From IMG/VR virus record IMGVR_UViG_3300042197_000731, positions 59,285 through 123,284 of that record: DNA of 64,000 nt. The stretch is one strand, 5' to 3'. Position 1 is the first letter of the stretch; every line of letters begins with the position of its first letter. Made by a program: the position numbers and the translations under genes. The notes under the pieces were generated by a model that had not been told where the DNA came from, ran no database searches, and worked only from the letters and a program-made list of their open reading frames with translations. Positions 1 through 7,831 of the stretch are shown here, in pieces. The DNA comes from a virus.

Positions 1-366
1 TAGATCATCTGCCTCAAGATTATTGTGTTTAAGAACGGTACAATTGGTCTTTTCAATGAGAAAAGTCTTGAGTTTTTCAAAAGTTTCCCAGAAAAGTTTG
101 TCTTCTTCTAGTTCACTTTCTGTAAGTGCGGCTTTTGCTACGGTACGATTTTTCTTGTACGGTTCATAGAAGTCTTTACGCCAACTACGACCTTCAAGGC
201 AAAATACAACATGTTTTGCGCCAAAATCACGGTATGCTTTATTGACGCTTGCTAGCGTTACGTGGATGGAAAATCCCAGCTTGTCCCATGTATCACTTTG
301 CCGACTGGCGGTATGACGAGCACGGAAAAAGGTGTTTGCGGTGTCTACGATTAGATATTTTGTCAT
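1..366 (-). CDS. rnh: RNase H / 5'-3' flap exonuclease (T4 Rnh-like), runs off the window edge
   Basis: Manual translation from ATG at 366: MTKYLIVDTANTFFRARH...VVFCLEGRSWRKDFYEPYKKNR...LEADDL, a PIN/FEN-type 5' nuclease signature. Confidence 0.85.
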   Translation of the reverse strand, partial: MTKYLIVDTANTFFRARHTASRQSDTWDKLGFSIHVTLASVNKAYRDFGAKHVVFCLEGRSWRKDFYEPYKKNRTVAKAALTESELEEDKLFWETFEKLKTFLIEKTNCTVLKHNNLEADDL

Positions 367-401
367 TTTAAATGGATGTTTTATGTGATGGCATCAGGTA
401 A

Positions 402-1073
402 TTAATTTACTAAGATCGCCTTTTGATTTTTCGTTTTCATTTTTTTTCTTCCGGGCGTTGAATAGTCCTTAGACACATGAGTTTTGTAAGTATGGCAATT
501 AGCACATAATGTTTGGCAATTTTCTTCTCTGTTATCGTATGGATCACCATTAATGTGATCAACCTGCAATTGAGCAGAAATTTTAATAGGATAGTTACAA
601 ATATACCCTAAGCGTCCATCAATATTTTCACAATAATTTTTTCTATGTTTTCTATATGAATGCTTTGAATTCATATAATCAATGTATGAGGCAAAGCCTG
701 CCTCTTTCGCTCTTAATTCATTCATTGAACTTACGCGATCAGCGTGTGAGGCAAAGCCTTCTCTTATCGCATTCGCATTCAACTGATCGGCGTATGAGGC
801 AAAGCCTGCCTTTTTCGCCCTTACATTCAAATACTCATAGGGTGAGGCACAGCCCGCATTTTTGGCCACTACCTCTTCAATAGAATTTAGACCATGCTTT
901 TCTGCGACTTTTTTGCCATGATGTTTAGCACATAGAGATCGAAAAAGAGGTGTACCATCTTTACGATATGTTCCCATATGTTGCCTAGCATTATTACACT
1001 CGGGGTTAACACATTTCGGACGATCACCGATGGGAATAAAAATTTTATATGTGCCTTCAGATGATTTTTTCAT
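402..1073 (-). CDS. HNH homing endonuclease with internal tandem repeats
   Basis: C-terminal LQVDHINGDPYDNREENCQTLCANCH; four AxxxG(F/C)AS repeats. Confidence 0.8.
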   Translation of the reverse strand: MKKSSEGTYKIFIPIGDRPKCVNPECNNARQHMGTYRKDGTPLFRSLCAKHHGKKVAEKHGLNSIEEVVAKNAGCASPYEYLNVRAKKAGFASYADQLNANAIREGFASHADRVSSMNELRAKEAGFASYIDYMNSKHSYRKHRKNYCENIDGRLGYICNYPIKISAQLQVDHINGDPYDNREENCQTLCANCHTYKTHVSKDYSTPGRKKMKTKNQKAILVN

Positions 1074-1142
1074 GATGCTATTACACTGATTGCTTGTTAA
1101 ACACCGTGAACTGTATCATGACTTCATTTTTTTGTCAAGCGA

Positions 1143-1607
1143 TTACGAAATTTCTGTTCTGCCTGATCCTATGTCTTTTTTCTGAACACCTGACACTGGT
1201 CTAGGATTGTTGGCTTCGTATTGTTCAAATGTTTCTAGTACGACATTCCTACATACATCCTGAAACCATTGATCCACAATTTGTGAATCGTCATTGCCTT
1301 TATACCCAGCACGGATCAATTTAGCAACAAAAAATTCGTTCCAATCTAATTCAAAAGCGCCATTACCGATATTATTAGGATCTAAATCCACATTTACAAT
1401 ACTAACATAAGGTTCGCCTTTTTCAGTGGCAATTTCTTTTGCGGTTTTCTTAACAATTGGTTTAGATTCCGTTGGCTTCTTAACACGTTTCTTTTTCTCT
1501 TTTACTGATTCAGAAACAGGTTCTACAACAGTTTCAATATTAGATATCTGTTGAACACCTTGTTCTGGTTGTTTTTGAGAAAGTAAATTTTTGATTATAT
1601 TGAGCAT
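1143..1607 (-). CDS. hypothetical phage protein
   Basis: 154-aa ORF in the operon orientation. Confidence 0.7.
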   Translation of the reverse strand: MLNIIKNLLSQKQPEQGVQQISNIETVVEPVSESVKEKKKRVKKPTESKPIVKKTAKEIATEKGEPYVSIVNVDLDPNNIGNGAFELDWNEFFVAKLIRAGYKGNDDSQIVDQWFQDVCRNVVLETFEQYEANNPRPVSGVQKKDIGSGRTEIS

Positions 1608-1616
1608 TTTAGTACT

Positions 1617-1862
1617 TTAATGTTTTAGTGACCATATGATAAATTCATGTTTATCAATATAAAATTTTTCAATAGTGAATGATCCAGGCGGGGAACCTGG
1701 ACCAATCATTCTTGTACCTTTGTAGCAATGTGTTAGCCACAGCCTCTTTTCTGTTAGAAAACATTTTCTTGGTAATATACAAAAATGTAAATGCCAATCT
1801 TTGACATATTTTAAATATGGAGTTATAAAATCAATATAATCCAAAGCGGCTGGACCTAACAT
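1617..1862 (-). CDS. hypothetical protein
   Basis: 81-aa ORF, co-directional, tightly packed. Confidence 0.55.
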   Translation of the reverse strand: MLGPAALDYIDFITPYLKYVKDWHLHFCILPRKCFLTEKRLWLTHCYKGTRMIGPGSPPGSFTIEKFYIDKHEFIIWSLKH

Positions 1863-2004
1863 AGACGGAAACTTTCATTGATTGCTTCTATTTATTTTTG
1901 AAACAATTTTGTATAAAAATTTCTGAAACCAAACTGTACTAATAATATATACAAAACTTAATATTGATAATGGAATAAATAGATATACTAAGTTATTGAA
2001 CATA

Positions 2005-2208
2005 CTAAATTGTTTTTCCCAAATCAATATAAATTAATCTGTCTAGCAAATCTTCGTAATTCTTGCCCAGTCTTCTTGCCTGCCAGATGTCTGTAAGCAA
2101 TTGGATATGTTCAAATGTTTTATCTAGGCCGCGATCTTTTACTGCTTCGATTAAAATATCATCGTCTATATCATCTACGTCAATATCTATAGTAATTTTT
2201 CTACTCAT
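2005..2208 (-). CDS. hypothetical protein
   Basis: 67-aa ORF. Confidence 0.6.
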   Translation of the reverse strand: MSRKITIDIDVDDIDDDILIEAVKDRGLDKTFEHIQLLTDIWQARRLGKNYEDLLDRLIYIDLGKTI

Positions 2209-2240
2209 AGTGTGCCTTAGTATTAATTATATTAAAACAT

Positions 2241-2531
2241 TTATCTACCGATATTATCAATAAATATGATTTTTTCTACAGTTTTAGATACTTCTTCCTC
2301 TTCGTGAACGATATAAAGCACATTGTCGAATTCATCTATCTTTTTATTGTATCGTCTTGATGATAGAACATAACCGCCATTGGCATTGTGAACTGTAATA
2401 GTTAGTGGATATCTGGTATGTAGTGAGTTGACATCTTCTGCTACCGAAACTTCTAAGTTTCCCTTTAAGGCTCTACCAGACAACTTATTTGCCCCACTCC
2501 TACTGAACAGATTTCTTATCTTACTTAACAT
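2241..2531 (-). CDS. hypothetical protein
   Basis: 96-aa ORF. Confidence 0.6.
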   Translation of the reverse strand: MLSKIRNLFSRSGANKLSGRALKGNLEVSVAEDVNSLHTRYPLTITVHNANGGYVLSSRRYNKKIDEFDNVLYIVHEEEEVSKTVEKIIFIDNIGR

Positions 2532-2536
2532 TGATA

Positions 2537-2716
2537 TTATCCTAGAATTCGTTGCTTTTCGAACTTTTTATATTGATCTGACTTGTATAAATCACGCTCA
2601 TCAAACTTAAGCATGTTTTCTTTACAGAATTCTCTATACGCATCAAGATCATTAAAGATTCTAGTTACTTCAGGCTTCATTGTTAGATGCTTTTCGATGT
2701 ACTTTGGCACTGCCAT
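2537..2716 (-). CDS. hypothetical protein (59 aa, not in ORF track)
   Basis: Manual translation MAVPKYIEKHLTMKPEVTRIFNDLDAYREFCKENMLKFDERDLYKS..., preceded by AAGGAA; fills the gap between neighbours. Confidence 0.6.
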   Translation of the reverse strand: MAVPKYIEKHLTMKPEVTRIFNDLDAYREFCKENMLKFDERDLYKSDQYKKFEKQRILG

Positions 2717-2730
2717 GATAAATTTTCCTT

Positions 2731-3102
2731 TTAGATTTTAAGTAACATACTAGGTGTTCTCGTTTCATACTTTGCGAGAATACCCATATTTGAGTTGTTT
2801 AATTCTATCCAAATGTTTTTGTCTGGATAAAAAGTTGCTAATCTTTCATAGATATCATCCACTAATAGATGATAATTACTAGTATTTAACGACGAATCAT
2901 CCTCTGGATATAAATTCATAATAGAAGGAATAACTTCATTCATATTTGTTGTTTGATTATTCCAAGTAGAACAATCAATCCACACTTTAAAAGATAGTTC
3001 TTCGCCATTGACATTTCGAACAAATTTTGCCCAGAATTTTTTGTCTGAATGTTTAATAATTCTCTGTCGTTGCTCAGAAAGCATTTGATCACGCTGTAAC
3101 AT
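2731..3102 (-). CDS. hypothetical protein
   Basis: 123-aa ORF overlapping the upstream gene. Confidence 0.6.
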   Translation of the reverse strand: MLQRDQMLSEQRQRIIKHSDKKFWAKFVRNVNGEELSFKVWIDCSTWNNQTTNMNEVIPSIMNLYPEDDSSLNTSNYHLLVDDIYERLATFYPDKNIWIELNNSNMGILAKYETRTPSMLLKI

Positions 3103-3403
3103 ATAGTCCCTTCACTTCTTCAAGTTCTTTCATATTGTGATTAACGATATTGTCTTTGAACAATAGCAAGAACAACAATGCTGAATTTTTTTGAGAAAAA
3201 TCTAAATGTAATCTCATACCACCATTTCTTTGTTGTACCGAAACCTTGCTATTTTGAAATTGTATCGTGGTTATTTTCTTCGTGGAATCATAATTTATCT
3301 CTGCCTCCTGCATACGTGCCCACTCTATGACTTCATCAGTGAGTTTATCTATATCTATTGTTATAGGAAATAGTCTCATGAGTTTGCTTTTATATCTTGC
3401 CAT
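3089..3403 (-). CDS. hypothetical protein
   Basis: 104-aa ORF. Confidence 0.6.
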   Translation of the reverse strand: MARYKSKLMRLFPITIDIDKLTDEVIEWARMQEAEINYDSTKKITTIQFQNSKVSVQQRNGGMRLHLDFSQKNSALLFLLLFKDNIVNHNMKELEEVKGLYVTA

Positions 3404-4299
3404 CCACTTTTCAGTGTTAATCCGTAGTCGTTAGTGCCCTGTATTGGCACATAATCGTCCTTGAAAAGCAATGGTATATTTTTGAAGGGATTATAATTTA
3501 CTTCGTGATGAACTCTGCCAAATTTCCAGGTCAGTTTACTAACGTCTGGATGCATATCAACCTGCATTTGACTTTTAGCATTAGTGCCTTCTTTGGCGTA
3601 AAATTCAGCAGTATTACCGCCACCTAATTTCTGAGTACGCATTTTATCTTGTAAGAAAGCATTAAACTGTACGGTTGCCCAACCTGCTTTAAGCATTCTT
3701 AAACTTATATCAGTGTCTTCATTATATCGACCACGCCATCTGAATGGAGTATCATTACGAATTAAGTTACAACTATAAATTCTGGTATTCGCAACAAAGG
3801 GTGGAATCTTGGAGTTTTGTGGAGCAAAAGCACGATATTGTGGACCCGCCATACCGATATTTTTATATCTGAGTACGAAGTCTTCCATGATCCTAAAACA
3901 AGTACCATCACCAAATCTGATTTTCTTATTATCAGTCAATCGTAAAAATTCAGCAATGTTATCATCACTAATCCAATGCCAATCATGGCCAGTAGAAATA
4001 CTATGATCCCACGCGAAGTTTCTGGCAGGGCCTGGCCCAGTTGATTTAGTCAATCCTAGATTATCAAAGCAATCATAATTGCGTTTATACGACATATCTA
4101 ATTCTAATATCGTAGAAAATGACTTTTGTCCTGTATCTTTTTCCCAATTTCTTATTGACTTGTAATACAATTCACATTCTTGCGGCTCTACAACTAAGTA
4201 ATGAGGTACTTTCATGAGATCCAATATTTTACTAGTCAATCTCATATTATTTTCAAATCTACCTTTTGTTGGAATATAGTATGGAAATTTTGGATTCAT
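3376..4299 (-). CDS. TET-associated/GREB1-like GT-A glycosyltransferase (putative DNA-base glycosylation)
   Basis: YIPTKGR, GPGPARNFAWDH, WHWISDDNI (DxD-like), RIYSCNLIRND, RYNEDTDISLR and GGNT motifs. Confidence 0.7.
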   Translation of the reverse strand: MNPKFPYYIPTKGRFENNMRLTSKILDLMKVPHYLVVEPQECELYYKSIRNWEKDTGQKSFSTILELDMSYKRNYDCFDNLGLTKSTGPGPARNFAWDHSISTGHDWHWISDDNIAEFLRLTDNKKIRFGDGTCFRIMEDFVLRYKNIGMAGPQYRAFAPQNSKIPPFVANTRIYSCNLIRNDTPFRWRGRYNEDTDISLRMLKAGWATVQFNAFLQDKMRTQKLGGGNTAEFYAKEGTNAKSQMQVDMHPDVSKLTWKFGRVHHEVNYNPFKNIPLLFKDDYVPIQGTNDYGLTLKSGWQDIKANS

Positions 4300-4745
4300 A
4301 TTACATCTTTGTATGTTCTGTATCTTTTTATTTCACGCACGACATTAAAACTGACATTATAATCATCTGCTATTTCTTTCATCAAGCGTGAGTCATTTCT
4401 TATTGACCTTACATCATTCTCTGACAGCGTTCGTTCTTTATATTTGTGATTACGTTTTTTATTATACATATCACGCACATTGTCTAAATGAGTTCCTAAA
4501 AATAAATGTTCTGGATTTACACACAGTCTGTTGTCGCATTTATGACACACATAAAAATTATCAAGGATCATTCCAGACATTTCAGCGGAAAGTCTATGTG
4601 CTTTTACAGATTTTCCATTATATGAAAAAGCACCATATCCAGTAGCATATCTTCCAGCAGTCCATTCCCAGCAACCATTAGATGTGTTTTTGTTTACTTT
4701 TTCCCAAAATCTTTGTTCTAAGTTTATTGATTTACGGCCAGCCAT
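4296..4745 (-). CDS. HNH endonuclease
   Basis: RFWEKV..GCWEW..GYG..AHRLS..VCHKCDNRLCVNPEHLFLGT..N, plus a C-terminal HTH-like tail. Confidence 0.9.
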   Translation of the reverse strand: MAGRKSINLEQRFWEKVNKNTSNGCWEWTAGRYATGYGAFSYNGKSVKAHRLSAEMSGMILDNFYVCHKCDNRLCVNPEHLFLGTHLDNVRDMYNKKRNHKYKERTLSENDVRSIRNDSRLMKEIADDYNVSFNVVREIKRYRTYKDVI

Positions 4746-4771
4746 TTTGTTTTATAGTAATTGAGGATTAC

Positions 4772-5023
4772 TCATTCTTCAATCCAGAATAGATCACTTA
4801 CGTTGTTTTGCTCTCGTTTAGGAAACCAAATACTTTTTGTTTTCTTAGTCAATGATTGACCAACTAGTTCCTCAAACCTTTTGACTGCGGCCTCATCTTC
4901 AAAGTTAATCAATAGTTGACGATATGCTCCATTGTCAGGCTGATTGTATGATGGCATATTTTGCCAGTGTTCGTCATAGAACTCTTGTGGCCACTCGATA
5001 ACTTCTTCGTCAGTTGTATTCAT
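4772..5023 (-). CDS. small protein typically adjacent to TET-associated glycosyltransferases
   Basis: WQNMPSYNQ...LLINF...F..LVGQSLTKKTKSIWFP pattern, recalled from phage TAGT loci. Confidence 0.5.
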   Translation of the reverse strand: MNTTDEEVIEWPQEFYDEHWQNMPSYNQPDNGAYRQLLINFEDEAAVKRFEELVGQSLTKKTKSIWFPKREQNNVSDLFWIEE

Positions 5024-5757
5024 TATTGCTTCTGTACTGGTAGTAGATATTCGTATTCGGTAAGTCCGCTATCAAGTGTAATACGCATAACACCCGCATC
5101 ACTGATATACACATGTTTATCACCTGTTAGGTCCATAATTGCTAGAAATTGCTTTACAGGCCAGTGAAAAGATTTAGACAGTGAGCCAGATACACCTGCT
5201 TGAAAAACGAACTTGCCAGCATGTGTTGATGGATTACCAAACGACATTGCTATAGAGTTATTTTCATATAGTACGTTGAAATTTGGCTCATCACTATGTA
5301 CGTTAGATTGCTTTTTGAGCCTGGTAATACCCGCAACAGTAGGCTTAAAATTCAAATGCCAGGTAGCACCCTTGAAAATAACGTTTTTGATTTTTTGCTC
5401 AACCAATGTCTTACTCATTAGACGATAGTCATTGGCAAAATCGCCATCCTTATTTTCAAAGTGAATTACCGCTGGATGATCTTCGCCATCCTTGGTTTCT
5501 TTAAGTACATTGATCTTGGCATCAGAGTTATATTCATCGTCGAAACTAAGAATAGTTCGTAGTTTTTCAAGTGAAGGCATGCCAAAAACACCCTTAAAGG
5601 CTGGAATAGATGTCTTCATCCTAGCATTTAAGATGACTGTTTTGTTTTCGGTAACAGCAGAAATCGTAGTTTCTATGTCTGTGCCAGTTACTTTGATTAG
5701 TTCAATATTGCCGATAGGCAACGTATGATGGATGATGTCGTTTAGTATGTCCTTCAT
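5023..5757 (-). CDS. probable DNA polymerase sliding clamp (gp45-like)
   Basis: 244 aa from MKDIL; directly downstream of polB; clamp-like size and alpha/beta pattern; a clamp loader is also present in the window. Confidence 0.6.
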   Translation of the reverse strand: MKDILNDIIHHTLPIGNIELIKVTGTDIETTISAVTENKTVILNARMKTSIPAFKGVFGMPSLEKLRTILSFDDEYNSDAKINVLKETKDGEDHPAVIHFENKDGDFANDYRLMSKTLVEQKIKNVIFKGATWHLNFKPTVAGITRLKKQSNVHSDEPNFNVLYENNSIAMSFGNPSTHAGKFVFQAGVSGSLSKSFHWPVKQFLAIMDLTGDKHVYISDAGVMRITLDSGLTEYEYLLPVQKQ

Positions 5758-5829
5758 TGATTTTCCTGTATTGTTTATGGATAGTTTAATGTCTTGATGT
5801 TTCAAAGTCAAGATAATTGTTTACAAAGT

Positions 5830-6861
5830 TTATTCAAAAACGAAAAGATCACTAAGAACTTCGTCAACTGCGGTAAGTTCACGTAAATTCCAGTTTAGTA
5901 CGGATAGTAAGTTATCAATCTTTTCGTCAACCAGAGTTGTTTCCATGCTTGCGTCATCAAATGGCAAAGATAGGAACCATTCTGGCAATCGTAGTTCATC
6001 GGTTGGATATGCGATACTAGTAAAGTTGTGTGGGTTTGATTTTAGTTTACAAATAACAACACGCATACCATCAACGATCTGCATACTGTAATTATCATTG
6101 TTTATCTGTCTTAGATAATTCCAGTTCAGGCTAGCCCGGACATGTCCGGGCATATTGGTATCACCATCATCTTCGTCACTGACAAAGATTGACTTGTCCA
6201 TTTTTTTGGCATTTGATTTTGCTTTGTTAGCATATAGTGTTAGATTGTTGACGGATTTCGGACTGCCCTTCATCCAACTGCTCATTTCTGATAGTTCTTT
6301 TTTGAATGTTTTTATCTTTTCAATAATGAATTCTTTTTCTTTACCTGCTAGAACTTCCTCTAACACTTCCATGAGAAATACTTGAACAAATTTTGGAGTA
6401 TCACTGCGTTTGAGATCAAGTCCCATGGCCTTGATTTTACCACGTTTACCATTAACATCTAATCTTTTGCCTTCTTTATCATAGATGTTTACAGCATAGC
6501 GTTTCTTCGTGATGAATAGAGCACGATCACCTACTAACTCTCGGCCTGCCTTAATAATTTCACCGTTCTTTGTTGGACAATGAAATGCTTGCTTCATAAA
6601 TTGTGGGAAACTGGCGTTTGTGTCGTTGGCAAGATCATCGTAAATTTCAATGGCTCGTTCCTTTGACCAATCTAGGGCATCAATTGCGTTACGTTCTTTG
6701 ATAATAGGCCAAATGCTGTAATAAATGGAGTCGGTATTATGAACCAATATATCATTGGCAAAAAAATAAGGATCAGCATCCTCTATGCTAAGATCGTATA
6801 CGTAATCATCTACTTCTCCTAAACACTCTACTGAATTTACTTTTGTCCATTCTGCATCCAT
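5830..6861 (-). CDS. DNA polymerase B C-terminal half, with N-terminal split-intein IntC (42 aa)
   Basis: YVYDLSI...FFANDILVHN|TDSIYY, then KKRYA and KIKAMGLDLKRSDTP PolB motifs. Confidence 0.92.
   Translation of the reverse strand: MDAEWTKVNSVECLGEVDDYVYDLSIEDADPYFFANDILVHNTDSIYYSIWPIIKERNAIDALDWSKERAIEIYDDLANDTNASFPQFMKQAFHCPTKNGEIIKAGRELVGDRALFITKKRYAVNIYDKEGKRLDVNGKRGKIKAMGLDLKRSDTPKFVQVFLMEVLEEVLAGKEKEFIIEKIKTFKKELSEMSSWMKGSPKSVNNLTLYANKAKSNAKKMDKSIFVSDEDDGDTNMPGHVRASLNWNYLRQINNDNYSMQIVDGMRVVICKLKSNPHNFTSIAYPTDELRLPEWFLSLPFDDASMETTLVDEKIDNLLSVLNWNLRELTAVDEVLSDLFVFE
6736..6861 (-). mobile_element. split intein C-fragment
   Basis: Block F (VYDLSI) and block G (VHN), followed by Thr+1. 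Confidence 0.9.
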
Positions 6862-7799
6862 TGTACTACCCTTTCTATTGTTTCAATTTTGTTTTTTCTA
6901 AATTCATTTTCCCATATAACCATTACTCTAAATCCGTGATTTATTGCCGTTTGTATTTTCTTTTTGTCTTTTTCCCACACATCTTTTGCCAACATATTGC
7001 CTATAATTTTTCTGTCTTCTTTGTATATAGAAGGATTACAGTGCCAATAATCTCCATTGAATTCTATTATACAGTTTTTGTGTTTTATATCAAATATAAC
7101 GTATGAATTTAATTCGTGACACCATTTTCCATAAGGTTTATTAAATGTAGTATGCTCTAGACGACCAACTTTTTCTTCTAACATTGTTGTGAATTCTTTT
7201 TCTAAGTTTGAACCTAAATTTTCTTTTGATTCTTTTCTAGATAAAATCACTTCAACGGCTTCGTCTAGCGTAATTTGAAGTTTGTTAGCGATTGCTATTG
7301 CCGAATTAGAGGTTCCTTTTTGTTTGTTATACTCTAAATATTTTATTGATCCAAGATCTTGGCCATACTTTTCAATAAAATACTCTTTAGTATTACTGTA
7401 TGCCTGTTTATCACAATATTCATGCCATTTTCTCAAGCCTTCTTTTTCGCCGTATCTTTCAATACATTTTTTTAAAGTAATAGATCTGCTAGCATTATAT
7501 TCTAAAAATTGTTTCTCAGACCATCCATATTTTTCTTTTTTATATTCATATGTATTAGAGTATGCTTGCTTTTCGCAATATGATTTCCAACGTGCTTCTC
7601 CCTCGATCTGTCCATACTTTTTAACCATATTTTCGTATGTTAAAGTTGTTTTTTTTGCTAAACTAGGATCAACTAACATAGCATTTGGATATTTTTTTAG
7701 ATATTCGTCACACGTCTTAATTTTGCCAGAACATTTATATCTTAGATGTGTCCATTGAATTCTGTTAACTTCTTTGCTACATTCTAAACATTTAATCAT
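6837..7799 (-). CDS. free-standing endonuclease (Vsr/DUF559-like PD-(D/E)XK) between the two polymerase halves
   Basis: N-terminal CxxC..H zinc motif, repeated KYG..EG..W..YC.KQAYSNT units, C-terminal DIKHKNCIIEFNGDYWH..IWE. Confidence 0.8.
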   Translation of the reverse strand: MIKCLECSKEVNRIQWTHLRYKCSGKIKTCDEYLKKYPNAMLVDPSLAKKTTLTYENMVKKYGQIEGEARWKSYCEKQAYSNTYEYKKEKYGWSEKQFLEYNASRSITLKKCIERYGEKEGLRKWHEYCDKQAYSNTKEYFIEKYGQDLGSIKYLEYNKQKGTSNSAIAIANKLQITLDEAVEVILSRKESKENLGSNLEKEFTTMLEEKVGRLEHTTFNKPYGKWCHELNSYVIFDIKHKNCIIEFNGDYWHCNPSIYKEDRKIIGNMLAKDVWEKDKKKIQTAINHGFRVMVIWENEFRKNKIETIERVVQWMQNGQK

Positions 7800-7828
7800 A
7801 TGCTGATACTCCTATCAGCATATATTTA
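7798..7828 (-). promoter_or_regulatory. late promoter (TAAATA) plus hairpin sequestering the RBS and start codon of the endonuclease
   Basis: Minus strand TAAAT-ATATGCTGATA-GGAG-TATCAGCATAT-G: 11-bp stem with the SD in the loop. Confidence 0.7.
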
Positions 7829-7831
7829 TTA

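Noticed and set aside
7282-7758. 158-aa plus-strand ORF and the many other short plus-strand ORFs
   Set aside because: Antisense to well-supported genes; only phoH and the HNH at 50158 are credible plus-strand genes
6862-7831. Group I intron interrupting polB
   Set aside because: Both halves carry intein termini and their own start and stop codons, and there is no non-coding room for an intron core
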